From Reclinomonas americana ATCC 50394 (taxonomy: Eukaryota), in NCBI GenBank assembly GCA_048213135.1, contig PS015119.1, positions 247,084-301,316 of the forward strand: a DNA stretch of 54,233 bases, written 5' to 3'. Below the pieces are notes generated by a model that searched no databases, was not told where the DNA came from, and saw nothing but the letters and a program-made list of their open reading frames with translations. Made by a program: the position numbers and the translations under genes. Each line of letters begins with the position of its first letter. The first letter of the stretch is position 1. Positions 1 through 14,916 of this stretch are shown here, piece by piece.

Positions 1-1726
1 TCCATGGGCGGTGCGGCAACAGACCCTCGAAAGCGCCGTGTTTCGGCTTCTTGAAGCTCCACAGCATGGCCAGCGCGTCGTCGGCGTCCTCACCGGCCTC
101 GATCTTGTCCATGGGCAGCACTTTCCTCCAGGAGAAAATCTGTTTCAAGGGTACACATGACGACGGTGAGACCGGACGCGAGAGGGGAAAGTGTAGCACG
201 GCGTACCAAAGGGTAGTAAATGTGAGCCATGATTTCGCACAACTTGCGACCGTCTTCGTCGAGGTACGACTGGAGGAATCGCAAGGTCCTGCTGTTCAGC
301 GAACTGATGACGGCGCTGGTGAACGAGGCGGCATCCGGTGCTGACAGGTACCGAATGCTGAAATTCCACCCGTCCTGCAGCAGCTTGCGGTCCAGAGTGC
401 CCTCAAATATGGTGCCGTGGCCGCCCGAAGTGCTCACAGTAAGCACGCTTCCGACCTCGCTGGCGGAGAACTGGGGCGGGCGCGCCGGGAAACGAGAGGT
501 CAGCAACACTTTGCAGCACATACGCACAGAAGCACACACACAAGTGCACAAACCTTGGCACCGACACCGTACTTGGAGTACATGTGCGAGATGAACAGAA
601 AGTTCTTGTGGCTGTTGAACACTCCCTGGCGGGCAGTCGACGACGACGAGTAGGCGAGGCGGAAGAACGTCCTCATGCGATTGCTGTCCATGCCCACTCC
701 ATTGTCGGTGATGCTAATGATGCCTTGCGGCTCGTCCTCCGATTCCTGCGCAACGTGGTGAGTGTAGTAGCTCCCCCCACGTCGCCGAGACTCAGACACA
801 CACCTCCGCCTCGTCGACCTTCCACAGCAGCTCGACCACCGGTTCCCCGGTCTCCGAGTCCCACACCATGTTCTCGCACGAGTTGTCGATGAACTCGCAC
901 GAGACAAGAACGGGATCGTACTGCAGCAGCCCAGAACCTGCAAGAGCCACACGCCATAAGCACGCAACGCAACGCACACACATGCACACACACACATGCA
1001 CGCACGCACCCATGATCTTGGTGTCGGGTGGCTCGTAGATTGTGTAGTTGCGTGTCACCGAGGCCAGCGACCATTGCTCTCTCACCTCTGCAGCCGGGGA
1101 AAAGAAAATACCGAGCAATCAGTCGACACGCGCGCGCGCGCAACACACCAGCAAGCAGCACATTTCGGATAACGAACCCTCCGAGACATCGTCCGTAAAC
1201 TGCACACAGCAATCCAGTCGCGTGATACGCTCATCGCTGCTGAGCATCTCGTGCGCTTTCTCCTCTGTCAGTGGCGTCTTCAGGTCGTCGACCAGCTGTG
1301 GANNNNNNNNNNNNNNNNNNNNCGCGCGCGCACACGCACAAAATCAATCGCAAGCTGTCAATGTGCGAGAGAGTGAGAGAGAGAGAGAGACACACACGAA
1401 ACATGCACAGCCATGTCAGAGGTAGAAATGTGGGCGAGTTCATCCTGGAAAGCATCGTAAACGAGTTGCACGAGTTCCTCTTGCGGTGCAATGGGCAAAT
1501 CCAAGTGCTTTCCATCCTGCAATCACACACGCACACGAATGCACACACAAACACACAAACACACACACACAGAGAGAGAGAGAGACGCAAAAGCAGCGTG
1601 AGTGCACATGCATTCACGCACGCACACACACAGAGAGACAAACACGTGCACACAATGCATGCACGCAACTGGACAGAGCACGTGGACTGGCGCCTTGGTG
1701 CGTGCAGGGGGTGCAGCCGCGGCCAT
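1..1726 (-). CDS. SMCHD1: SMCHD1-like GHKL ATPase, N-terminal part (spliced; runs off the left edge of the window)
   Basis: Spliced peptide contains YTIYEPPDTKIMGSGLLQY, CEFIDNS (N-box), ITDNGVGM (G1), STARQGVFNSH, SKYGVGAK (G2), SFTSAVISSL..FLQSYL and MAHIYYP. These are colinear with recalled SMCHD1 ATPase motifs (LAELIDNS, DNGRGM, FTRQGDFESDH, SYFGVGGK, SFTAVVITG, LAHIYHY). GT-AG introns; likely ATG at 1726. The hinge domain is not within the window. Confidence 0.68.
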
Positions 1727-1890
1727 CCAAGCACCTCTCTCACACACACTTTCTCGCTCTTGGAGAACTCTTCGACGTAACGCACAATCGCCGGAAGTCC
1801 CGCACGACAAACAACGTCGATTGCCTCGTAACAAACAGTTTTCTCTTTAGTTTTACTATGGTGATTAGGGGAGGTGGTTCCTGGCGTTGC

Positions 1891-4800
1891 TTAGCCGTGG
1901 AGGCGAAGGGTGCCAGAATGATGCGACTGGCCGGCAGTCGTCGGATACGTCGGCTGCAGGAGGAATTCGACGCCATCTCGCTTGGCCAGCTCGCGCCACT
2001 TGCGTCGAGTGCGTGTCCGTCGTGAACAGCCGCACACGTCGGTGACGCGCTGGATGTAGCGCCATATGAGAGGGAGGCCGACAGTGCACACGCCGATAAT
2101 GTACAGGACCAGGCCGGCCACGTCGCGGAAATGACCGCTGACTGCAGCGTCCGAGGTCTCCGACAGCGGGCCGGCGAGGAAGACAGCCGCCTATGTCGAC
2201 CACAGCATGAGAGACGAGTGGAAAGGCAAACGAAAAAAATGCATGCAAACCATCAGTACGAGGATACCGAGCGTCAGGGCCTCGATGATCTGCCGTACGC
2301 GCACACACATATGTGAGCGTAATGATGAGCTGTGAAGCACAGGACTGTGACCGCACGCACATTGTCAATGGGCCGTCGGTAGGGCCGCACAAATACGTGC
2401 AGTGCCAGGAACGCCATCTGTGCGCGCACACACACACCAATAAGCAACAAAATAAATAGCACACGAGGAAGCAAAGTACACCCTGCGACGAACCGACATG
2501 ATGAGCAGAGCAAAGTGCAATGTGCCGAGGTTGCCATTGTGCGACAAGATCAAGAAAGCGGCCACGTACAGCACTGCACACAACGGATGGTGAGCAACGG
2601 CGGAGATCGCGACGAAAAATGACACACACAGAGGCGCTCACCAGGTCGCGCCAACTGCACCGCCTGCCAGTAGTACATGCGGCTCCTGTAGCGATTGGAC
2701 AAGCCGGAGAACAAATGTCGCGCCTGCCCAATGTCCTTCCCATTGTCCGAGTCACCGTCGCCGTCGCCGAGTGTCGTATCTGCGACGCTCGACAACTGTG
2801 GGTGGCCCCCGTGGACACTGCGAGACGATGACAGTCACACGTCAATAGATCGCAGAGTAACACCAGCAAAAAAAAACTCGAAAAACATGCGAAACCTCTG
2901 CAGCGTGTGAGAGCTGGAGCCGGCGTGCGACGCAGAGAGCGACGCGTGCGACTGGTCCTCGTCGTTTGCCGCCGCACTTGCCTGCACTTAATTCGCCGTG
3001 AGTGACAACATACAAGGCACAAACACACACAGATAATCACAGCGCGCCGCACCGATAATCGATGCTCGTTGTTCGACGCCGGCGGCGACGCAGTCGTCTG
3101 CATCGGTTGCAAGGCAATCATACTGGTGTGAGCGCTCTTGGCAGTGCGCTGACGAGCCAGTCGTCGCCGATGCCACCACATGGCGATTCCGAGTGCTGGC
3201 GGCGTCAGGCACAACACCGCAGACAAGAGGCCAATCAGAGGCTCGAGTGCCGCGTGCAAGCGACAAGTATCGGTGGCCGATCCCTGCAGTTAATTTCCGT
3301 CAGACCAAGCGCACGCAATCAGCATGCGCTGCAGCACGTACCTCGATACAGCCAGTGCACTGCATGGACGGAATCAGAATGTTGAACGTGCCGAGATCGC
3401 CGACTTTGACGCAGTTCCAGAAGGAGAACGACTCGAACAGCAAGCTGCGCACATGTAAATAGGCGAGAATATGCGTGCTAAGACTTGTGTGTGAGAATGA
3501 CTCACCTCCAGAACACGCCAGTCGCCAGCATGACTCTGCACACGATGCAATCGGGGTCAGAACGACATGGTGATACAATTTGACTGAACACGGCAGGAAT
3601 GAACGCACGAGGATCGAGCATAGCGCGACACGTTGGAGGTTTGCACAAACTTGCGTACGACCAACCACACACGAGCCTTCCAGATATTGGTGCGCTCGAT
3701 TCGTATCCGCGCACGGTTGTCGGGGTGCATGTGATTGCCTGTGCGGAGCGCGAGTGAGCATCGGTACAGCGAGCACAACATCAGCAAGGCAAGCAGTGCG
3801 CAACTGTGTAGCGACGGTGGGCCAGAACCCGGATCCATACCAGACATCGGCAGCAGTGCCTCGCTCAGTGCTCCGGAATCCAGCGACTTGGAATGATGCG
3901 CTGCAGACAGGCGATTCCGCTCCAGGCCACCAAACAATGACAATGGCCCGTGATGCAACGGCCCGCCAGGCAAGTAGTCACGAAGCTCTGGCCAGATGCA
4001 GGCCAGCAGCACCGAAATGGAACGTTGCAGTGCAAAGAGAATCCACGTGCACGCAAAGTAGAGCTGGCCACACCAACGAAACACAATCAGATGAGGTGAC
4101 AAAGACGCACTTATTTCGCCACGTGATGCTCACCAGCGGATGCACAATCAGTGACATCATTTCGCCAAAGCCACTGGTCGGGAACGGACATTTTCCTGTT
4201 GTTCTCACGATGAGGTACTAGGACGCAGCTAGGTGGATTGTGCTCGTTCGTGCAAACCTTGAACCAGTTGGGTGATGGGTGCAAAGTCGAAAAACACCTG
4301 CAACAGGAACAGGACAAAGTGAGAAGGAGATCGAGGAATGGGAGACGCATGGAGAGTCATGAGCGTACCGTCGCCGCCTGAATCGTCGACTGTGGATAGA
4401 AGAGAAGCTGCAGTCCAAAAAGGAGCATTAGCGGTCACAGATGCACACAGAGAGAGCAGAGAATCGCCACGCAACTCCACTGGTCTGCGTGAAAAAGAAG
4501 AGCTGTGCGACAAGTAAACAGAGTTGCGTGAGAACGCCAGCCGGTCTTACTGACATTGACATAGTATTGCTCTGCTTACCATGTAGACCTCGCTGCGGCC
4601 GCGTCCCTGTGACACCACGTGCAAGAAACCAGCCAACATAAACAGCTCCAGAATCATCATGCCTGCGAGTGCCAACGATTAAGGCCAGCGATCACAGAGA
4701 AGGAAGCGGAAGACAAACAAATATCACAAACCAATGACTGACGTGTTGACACCCGGACATTCGAGGCAGACGTGCTGCCACTCGTGGTAGCCAGCTGCAA

Positions 4801-7800
4801 GCGTCATATTCAGTTAGTAAACTCCTTCATATACAGTGAAGGCACCGCATCAGCCGCCGCACCGGTGCAGAGACCACAGAGTGGTGACTGTGGGTCGCGA
4901 TGCAGCTGAGAGCCACAGAATTGGCCCTGCGCATCAACAGAGAGGGGCACAACATGAGCTCAACTGCCACGCACTGTGAGGGACGTTACATATTCTCACC
5001 AGCGCCACGGTGGATCCCGATGACAACGTCTGCGTGCCGACAATCAAACGGAGAGTCGAAACGTCGCTGAACGTGGTATCCGAGAAGCAGAAATTGTACG
5101 GACATCGAACGGTGGACACCACGTTGTCGACGACAACAGGCCAATAATCGTTGTTCACCTGTTGAAAGGACGTGTATGTGAGTGAGGAGCGAGTGGGAGG
5201 AGCACAATCACCGCACGCTGTCGCAACTGTGACGGCGCCATTGCCCGGGCAATCGAGATTGTCGTTTCGTGCGCACTGCTGGCAGGGATGGCCCGGAATC
5301 AAGCCAAAAGTGCCAAGCGGGCACGACAGACATTGCTCGCCGTAATAGCCGAAACCAATCTGCACGAGCGATGCAGCAGGGAGGAGGTGAGAGTGCGCAG
5401 CGACAGCTTTTGCGCACAAGCAGAGGCAACAAACCGGGCAAGACTGCAGCATCACTGTCTGCGTCGTTGGCGACGACGTGAACTGTGTGGACGACGAGCC
5501 CACTTGCACAACAACCGACTGTCCGAAACCACCCACTGGGACCACCGTGGCATTCACCACGCCATTCTGCACAGCCGATTAGCGAAAGGGACGGAACTCT
5601 TCTCCTCTTCCCCGCGCCACTCACCTCCGTCGCGTAAAGTGTCGTGTTTGTGATGCAGCCGGAACCCGTACAGGTGACGATGACCGGGAATTGACCCAAC
5701 GACGTGATGAGGTTACCGAACACGTCGCGAACACCAATGTCAAACTGCACGCCAATGCCTGGTGGCGACGACGGTGCGGCGCGCGGTTCACGAGGATCAG
5801 AGCGCGCCGACAGACCGCCTGCAACATGTGCAGTGAGATGCCAGACAATCATCGCCACGAGTCATTTTTTGCACAAAAACAATCACGCACCACCGAGCAC
5901 TGAAGTCGACAAGACGTCGACCGCGTAGGGCGAGGAGGCAAAGTTGTCGCCGTACGAGTATGCAACGTTGTTGGACCACAACAAGCACGATTCCCACGAC
6001 AATGCCGAGCGATTGACTCCAGGGGCTAAGCGCATAACAAGCATGTTAGTACCGAGCGCATGCACACAAGGCAAGTGCTCCAACAGACCGTAAATCTGGT
6101 TGTTGCAGAGCAAGTGGATACCAGGCTGATCGACCTCTACCGGCGACGGGATGGTGTACTCGCGACAAGATGACGCAACCAGAGCGGCGTCCGTGAGTGA
6201 CGACGGACGAGACGCGCAAATCCACGCCGACATGGTGCTCCAACAATTACCCAACGACTGACCAATGTCGCTCGACGAGCCTACGCAGAGAAAGACACAC
6301 AAGAGAAAGTCAAATGCGATGCTTCCCTCCCCACGAGTCGCTGCCAGCTGCGTGCATACCACTGATGAACATTCCGCCGCCACCTATCGCAGCAACCATG
6401 AGTGCACGAGTAAGTGAGCGGGCAGCTGGAAGAGAAACACACGCACCTTGCATGGCCGCTGCATTGCCGCCCAGTGGCATTGTCTGGTTGGTGTACGCAA
6501 TGTTGCCGATGACTTGCACGCCGTCGCCGAATCGAAGAGGATTGCAGTACACGGGAGGAATGTCGGCGGCACGTGGATGCGCATGTAGTGGTGGTGCTGA
6601 ATCGCGACGTCGGACTGAACGAAGCGGATTCTGATTGCTGGCCAACGCCAAACTGTCCACGTACAAGCCTGGTGCACAAAAGAGAGAATGATATGAGCCG
6701 AAACAAATAATGCAGAAGTCATCATCGCGTGCACTAGGGTACAGACCGCCACCCAATGTGGCCACATTCTGCTGCAATGTAGTGCTACTCAAATCCAGTA
6801 CGCCGTTTTCGATACCGAGGAAGATTGCTCCACCTGCCGAAGAGTGTGAGTGAATCGCGATAGAATTAGTGTCCGTGAAGAACAACGCACCGCGCGCAAT
6901 AGCAGTGTTGTTGGCGATCTGTTGTTCTCCACAGGTGAGCACAACGACTACAGTTGAAAGTAAAAAGGCAACAACACTGCATCGCAGACAAACCAGTGTG
7001 TTGTCGATGAAGAGCGACGACTCGGCAGCCACGTAGATTGCTCCTGAGTTGAGTAACGCGGGTGAGAACACGCGACAAGAATCCATGAGATAACGACCGG
7101 CGACAAAACCTGCGTCTGCAGACGCTACGCTGTACATGATGGAAGAGTACGACACGTACACGTTGAGACCGAAGAGACCGCTCATGTACACTGCGAGTGC
7201 GTGTGAGGAAAATGAACACAGCTACAAACCCTGCAATAGTACGCACAAGCGCCTCCCTGTGACATGCCACCACAGAGTAAGCACACCAACACATAATCTA
7301 TCCGATAATTGCAACAGATTCTTTTCGCAACTGTCACTGCTTGACCACCAGCGAGATACGACTCGACAATGTGCAGTTGCCCCGTGTCAGTCACGTACAC
7401 TAAGCCACCTGCAACGCGCAGCACACACACACACAGCAATATCAGCAGGCTAGCACATCAAATACGCGAGAAGAAGGGAAGAAATGGAACCATTGGCTGC
7501 GCTGGAGCTGTACAAGTCGCACTGCTCAATGGTCACGGTGGCAGACTCGGCACAGCGTACAGAGCCACCATCCTGGGTGGCAACGTTGTTGTAGAGGCGC
7601 GTGCTGACGATGGCCACCGTGGCGTAGTCGCCAATAACCACACCGCCACCATGCGTCGCTGCGAGACATAGGTGGTGCGTGCCGTCAGTCGCAAATCGCA
7701 GCACACACAAACTGAGTTCATCCATCACGCACCATTGTTGGCGGTGATCACAGAGTTGCTGAGGATGCTGATCGTGGCACCCTGCAGAGCACACACGGCT

Positions 7801-10800
7801 CCACCGTACCACCTGGCATAGTTGGACACCAACTGGACGCCTGATAGGGTCACTGTGCACTGCCCCGATGCGTATAGTGCTGTGTGAAAGCTCCGAGTGA
7901 GCGATCGACAGGGGTCAATACGAGCAAAGCAAAATAAGAGGCAACCTCCGCCATCAGCAAGTACTGCAGCATTCATCTGCAGCAAACTATCTGCGACGCT
8001 GACGGCCACCGCAGCACTCTGCACCCAGAAACAGTGTCAACAATTACCATCGAGCAGCAGATGGTGGAGTAGGACCGAATAGGAATGCTCACCACGTAGA
8101 GACCACCGCCAATCGCAGCTTGATTCCTCGTAAATACCGACGACTGGATCCCCATACTTATTCCGGTGCAATACACGCCTCCACCACCAGCGGCTGCCAA
8201 GTTGCCCACCAATTCACAGTTTGAAATGGACGTTGAGCCTTCATCAATAAACACGCCACCACCCTGTGACAGCCGACGAGTGTGAGGGTGTGTCGCTGCT
8301 TAAAGGCAGTGCGAGAGAGTCAGTGCACCTGAATGGCCGAATTGCCACTCAATAAACTGCTCGCGACAGTCGTCAAGTCACCGGTGGACGACAGACAACC
8401 ACCGAAAAGAATGCCAGTGTTGTTGAAACACTGCGAGTACGTGAATGTCACAGCCCCATCGACATGCACTGCGCCACCTTGTTCGGCAGTGTTGTTGGCA
8501 AAGAATCCGCTATTGACCTGCACCGTCGAGAAGTGGACACGCAAGAGCACATCAGCCATGCCGCTGCTCATAGGAATGCTGACGGACAAACAGGAGCCGA
8601 CAACACAAACCAGCAGCTGAGCGTTGTCTGACGCAAAGAAGACACCTCCCTGGTAGTCCGCACGGTTGCCAAGGGCCACTGAAAACGAATCGCTGGCCGA
8701 CAGTACATCAATGAGAGCGCCGCCTGCGGAAAGAAGGCAACGGTAAGCACAGACGCGTGAGAACAGGCACTGGTATTGCAACGGAATTTCTCGCCTCCTT
8801 GGCCCACGTGAATAATGTTCTCCGCATTGGTGACCAACGACGCAGTCACTGTGTTTTGTAACCTGCAAGTAGACAAGCGGGCAAATATCATGCCAGTGAG
8901 AAGCGCACGGACGCAGACAATGTTGGCTGTCGGTCACAAACGCACCACTGGTTACCCGACATAAACAAAGAGGCCGAATTCAGCGAGGAAAACGTGCTGT
9001 GTCCCATGGTGAGGAACACGCCACCACCGCCGACTCTCGTGAAAGGTGGGGTGAGGAACAATGAAATCACTTCCGTCTGGCGCGGCAGCAACCGAGTAAA
9101 GAGTGCGAGTGAGAGAGGAGCCGACGTCGACAGACGCACTGACACACAGAGACAAACCCTGACAAAATTGCGCGAAAAAACGTTGTTCCAAAAGTATGTC
9201 GTCACAACCGGCGCAGCCGTTGTGGGAATGACCACATATGCACCTAACACGATTCAACACGCCGGCGTGAGTGGAGAAACGCAAGACAAGTAGCAGTGAG
9301 CACATTTTCTCCAGCGAACCAGCACCACCGCTATGTAGCAGAGCGAGAGAGCAGTTGGGCACCGAGGAGAGGATCAGCGAGTTCCCCGTGAACACATTGT
9401 TGACTGCATCGAAGACCACAGTCGTTGCCGAGTCGGACACACCAACCTATGCGGTGGTCAGAGTGAGCGTCGTACCAACAAATCGTGCGTGGTGCAGCGC
9501 TCGAACCAAGTAAAACGATCCGCCAGCATACAGCTGCGTGACTGTGACCCCGGGGTAACCGGACACAGTCTGCACATACTTGTGTCAGCAGCACTGCGCA
9601 CACAAGAATAGCAACAGATACAGAACATTGTTGGTAAAGTGCGAGTTCCAAAGCGTGAATTTCGAGTTTGTCACTGCCGATTGTGCCTGCAGTCGCAAAG
9701 CGAGTGAGAACTGCGGTTAACGCACGCACACTGGCCTTGAACACCTCATGCCTACCTTATTCAGGATGTAGATGGCACTACCGCCGAAGAAGCTCGAGAC
9801 AGTTGGATTTGTGTCGCCGGCTAGCACTCTGTTGTTGGTAAATACACTGCGACCACAGAACAAACTTTAGTGTGCAAGACATGGTGCCGACTTTGCACAG
9901 TGCACCACCACACACCAATTGGTGACGTTGCCGATGAGACCGCCCAATTGAACCGAGCTGGCGTGAATGTAGATGACTCCGCCACCGGCGTAGTCAGCGG
10001 GTCCAGCACTGATGGAGAGTCAGTCTGAGTATGCGCACCAGATGCACCACATACATCCGACAAACCCAATAGACTTGGACACGTCGGCCTGGTTGCCCGT
10101 GAAGGTCGAGTCCACAAAGGTAACATTGAAGCTGACAGTGGTGCCGTAGATGTTGGTCAACAGAAAACCACCACCATTGCGATTCGACGCCGCTTGTCCA
10201 CTGGCCACTTGTGTCGGCACCGTCGCTGCGCAGTTATTCGTGGTAACATTCTGCACCACTAGCTGCGCATTCGTCGTGTACCTGGAGAATCAAGGAACAC
10301 TCGTATCAGCATGCCTGTCGCACAACGCAGATGAGGGACTGCACGCACCCGTTGAGGTTGTAGTAGACACTGCCGCCGCCGACAATGTTGTCGCCGTAGA
10401 ACGAACTCGAATAGGTGGATCCGACAGTGTCCATGGTGAACGTCGTGTTTTTCAGCGAGATGAGAGAATTGATGGTGGCCATTTGGTTGCTCGCCGAATT
10501 CGCGTAGAGATAGAGACTGCCGCCGCCACTCATTCGCCACGGGCTACACAGAGGAAACATGTGAGTAATCGTACAGCGACACAGCCCTCAGTACGAAAGG
10601 CACTCATGATGAACCTGTAGTTTCCGTTGAGCATGACCAAGTTGGTGTCGAATGAACTGTTGACCACATTGATCGAGATGGTGTGCGTCGCATCTGGATA
10701 CATCGATGTAAACGTGTACACGAAACTGCGAGAGATCAAATGATGTGAGTGCGTAAGACCCTGGCATTCTTCAGCACATCGACAGTGGAAAGCACAAAAC

Positions 10801-13800
10801 ATTGTGCCGCCCTCGCAATTAGAAACACTGGGCGTGAAACCATCACCAGGCACCGTGGTCGAGTTTGCCACGGTGCCGGATGCATTAACGATGTTGCTCG
10901 AAAAAGTACAGTCGGTGATGCTGACGGGGGCGGAAACAGACTGCGAGGTGGACGTGAACAAGTACAAGCCGGAGCCACCATTGAAGTTGCCGTTGTTGTT
11001 GCCATACTGTGCGTGCATCATGCAGCGCCGTGTGAGAGCAAGGCTAGACATGCGACACAGTACGGAGCACAATACCAACCGTCGTCGTTATGGTGTTGTT
11101 CGTGACGATCGCAGCATTCAGAATAAACGTGCAACCGCTGACTTGCACCGGCATGGATACTGTGCCTTCGCCGTACTGCAATGACAGCACCAAATAGTGA
11201 GGCATTTGGTTGGAGACAAGCGCATACAACAACGTCACCAGAGCGAGGAAAATCACGGTGCCACCTGCGCGGTTACTTAGGTGAGCAAGAGCGACGCTGA
11301 AACACAACAAAATCAAGTCCACACCGTTGTTGTTCGACGGATAATTCGTTGTCAGAGACTGAATGGCCGTATTGTTTTGCTGCACGAAAACACAAGCACA
11401 TCATCAGCACGGAATACACGCGAGAGCGCGCTCGGGCGAGTCACAAGACGCACCACAAGCACGACGTTTCCCGCAAAGTATCCATCCGTGACATTGAGAC
11501 CCATGTTGGTGACTCCTTGGCCTGCACGTCAAAAGAGAGACAGTGTCACCAGCCGCGACACTTCCATAACGTCAATCAGCACGTACCAATTGTGTAGAAC
11601 ATGAAACCGCCACCTACATCACACAGAACTAGTTGTGAGGGCCACGACAACACGACTGAAGCAAGCAGCTTGCCAAGCATCTTCGTCTCACCGTTTGCGT
11701 TGTTGTTGCCAGCTGCAGCATCGAATCAGCAGTCAGTCAGTCAGGGCACACATTGGCAACACGGAAAGAAGTGAGCTGTATACGCAGCAGGTGTACACAT
11801 TGTTGGCGACCACAACAGAGTCGACAAGCTGCACCGACGACAAGGTAATCTGGCCTTGCGAGTTGCCATTCTGCGCGATATTGCCTGCAACAGTTTCCCA
11901 GTGGTGAACAAGTGGACATCGAACCATATCGAGCTGTCAAGCAACAAACCGAAGAAAACACCGGAGCCGCCAATCGTGTTCAACCCAGCGGGAATTCCAC
12001 CACTGCCCTGGAGATTCCCGTTCGAGACCACGTTCGTGGCCTGCACTTGACACTTGAAGAATACGGAGTTGGAGATGGTCACCGAGCTTTGCGTGTTGCC
12101 GATGAACTGCGAGGATACGCGAGCGTAGAGGAAGCCACCACCAGCCAGATTGGCAGCTTGCGACGTCAGGTACTCGGCAGTCATCAGAAGGTAATTGGCC
12201 TGCACATTGTCCAGTGCGATCGTGGTCTGTGCACTGCCACCCGACGCCAGGGTGTAGGTGCAGATGGAGCCGCCACCTAGTTGCGCCAAGACAAACATGA
12301 GGAGGCTTCTTCTCCATGCGCAGCAGCGGCAGCGGATAACAGCGCACGTACCAACAAAATTGCCGCCTGGGTTGGACTGATACTGGGGCGCCGACGAGTA
12401 GCTGGCGTTGACCGAGTCGCCCGAGAACGAAGTGTTGGTGATCACAAGGCTCGAGCCAGCAGTGCCGAAGCTCGCTTGTTGCGCGAAGACCAGAATCGAA
12501 CCGCCGCCAGAGTTGTTGCCAAAGTCCTGCGCGACACCGTAACTTGCGTCGACTGAGTTCTGCATGAACTGCGAACTCGCGATACTGCGAACCACCAATG
12601 ATTAGCACAGGCCACCAACGCACATATGTGAATGCAAACGAACCGCAGTTGTGTCCATGTGCTCCCGTTGGAGGCCGAAATCATCGCCAGTGCACCGCCT
12701 CCATTCTGAGCATCCATAAAAAAACAAAGAGATGAGTGATCGCACATCCATCTCCACATACAGACTACACACACGCGCACAAAGTGCACACAACAATGTT
12801 GCCACTCGTTTGCGTCGCCGTGTTGTATCTCGCCTGCACCGAATTATTGGAGAATACACAGTTTGTGACCACGGCGGTGGTGTTGATGCTTTGGCTGATG
12901 ACATTGGCTTGCAGGTTGAAAAGCTGCGCGAACAAGTACACAGCTGTGTTCCGGGAACACAATCAGCACCACCGACAAAACAACAACAGTGAGCTGGTGT
13001 GCGTGAGAGACGCACCTGCACCGCCATTGTCGTTCGCACTTGCATTCACAGTGGCCTCGTTATTATTGGCAGTGACCTGCGCAAGACGTGTCAGTCGAGG
13101 GTAGGCAATGCAGGAGCCGCATGTGCAGCGCACCGAGTTGGCGACGAAGTTCGATTGAGCAAAGTTGGCCACCAGTTTGTTCCCATTGAGAATGCCGTCA
13201 TTCAACACAAAGAGTCCTGCAGCCCGCATGTAAGAGGAAAAAGACGGTGTGTCACTCGGGTTCAGCACCAGCTGCGCTCACCAGCACCACCATTATTGTT
13301 GCTCAGATTGGGAGAGTCGGTCTGGCCCGCAATCACTGTGTTGTTGCTCGTGAACGTGTTGTTGCTGTGCACGGCACGCAACGTGTCAACAATCGCTGGC
13401 TTGCAACTACAGAAAGGGCGACAACGTACTAGAATTGGCTGTTCAACACATCGAGATTGATGGTCGACGACTGGCCGCGAGAGAACACGTAACACGCGCC
13501 ACCTGCCACCACACAATGCACGCAGTCAGCGGTCGGTTGCACGATGCTAGGCACAGAGTGGAAGACGGCAAACCATTGGCGTTGAGAGCATTGTGTGCCA
13601 AGGCGTTGTCGGTGTGTGCCACGTTGTTGGAGAAGGTGCAGTCGGACACGAGCACATTCAGCTCACTGGTGCCGTTGAGAGCCAGCGACACAACGTACAC
13701 TCCACCTGCGAATCGATTCAGTGATCCACCTCCTTCACGCCCCACCTCGCCTCGCCACAACGCAACTACCGCCATTCATGTTTCCACCGGCGTTGTTGTT

Positions 13801-14037
13801 CCGGCCGGGTGCGTAACCGACAGTCGAGTTGTTGACAATTAGCATGTTGTTGTCGAATACGCAGTTCAAGAACGTGACATTCAGCTGCGACGACACGAGG
13901 CCGTTCATCTGCGAGAGCGCGATGTGTTGGTCAAACTGCGCACCGGGAGAGAGAGTGCACACACCACGCAACATTGATCATGACACCGGTGCCACCCTGC
14001 GCGACGACACATCTGTCAGGCACAAGATAACGCGAGA

Positions 14038-14075
<38 letters not shown>

Positions 14076-14884
14076 ACGCAACGTTCTGATTCCACTGATA
14101 CGTCAGCGTCTGGCTCGCATTCACGACCGAGTTGCGAAATGACGAATTTTTGAACATGCCACTGACTGCAGTTGTGTAGCCGTAGGCATTGCCGTACAGG
14201 CCACCGCCTGCCAACACCACACAGATGAGGATCAACCGCAGATACGACAAGAGAGTCTTCCGAGAGTGCTACACACCGCCATCAAGATTGCCTGCGAGCA
14301 AAGGAGAGTGTGAGCGTCGGACACGAACGAGAAGGGAGGGAGCGCAAGAGGTAGCCTCACCACCGATATTCATGGAGCCGGGGGTGGTGCCTGGAACGTA
14401 TACCAAATCACTGTCGAACGATGAGTTGGTGACGTTGATGGAGAGCAGTGCGGGCGTCAGGATGTTGCTGCTTTGGGACACCATGTACACGGAGGCGCCG
14501 CCGTCGAGATTGACGCGCGCTACAGCATTGGCCAAGTGAACCGAGTTGCCGGCGAATTCACATGCGTCAATGCTGACAGTCACGGCAGCCGGATCAGAGG
14601 TGCTCGCCACAACCGCCGTCGAATTCACTGCGCGTCGAGTGAGTACCAACAGCATGATGACAACGCAACGACTACTAGGCGACCCAAACCGTTGTTGGCC
14701 ACCAGGTAAATCGCACCGCCGACAGCGGTCATGCCAAAGTCGCTGGAGACCCAGCTGCCGGTGGCGTCCACCATACTGTTGGTGACCGAAGTATTGACGG
14801 CTGTGAACGACACAGAGGTGATGGCTGTCGGCAACGGCGAAGCCTGCCAATCAAATTCGCTGTCAGTAAGGAGAGACAAAGAGA

Positions 14885-14916
<32 letters not shown>

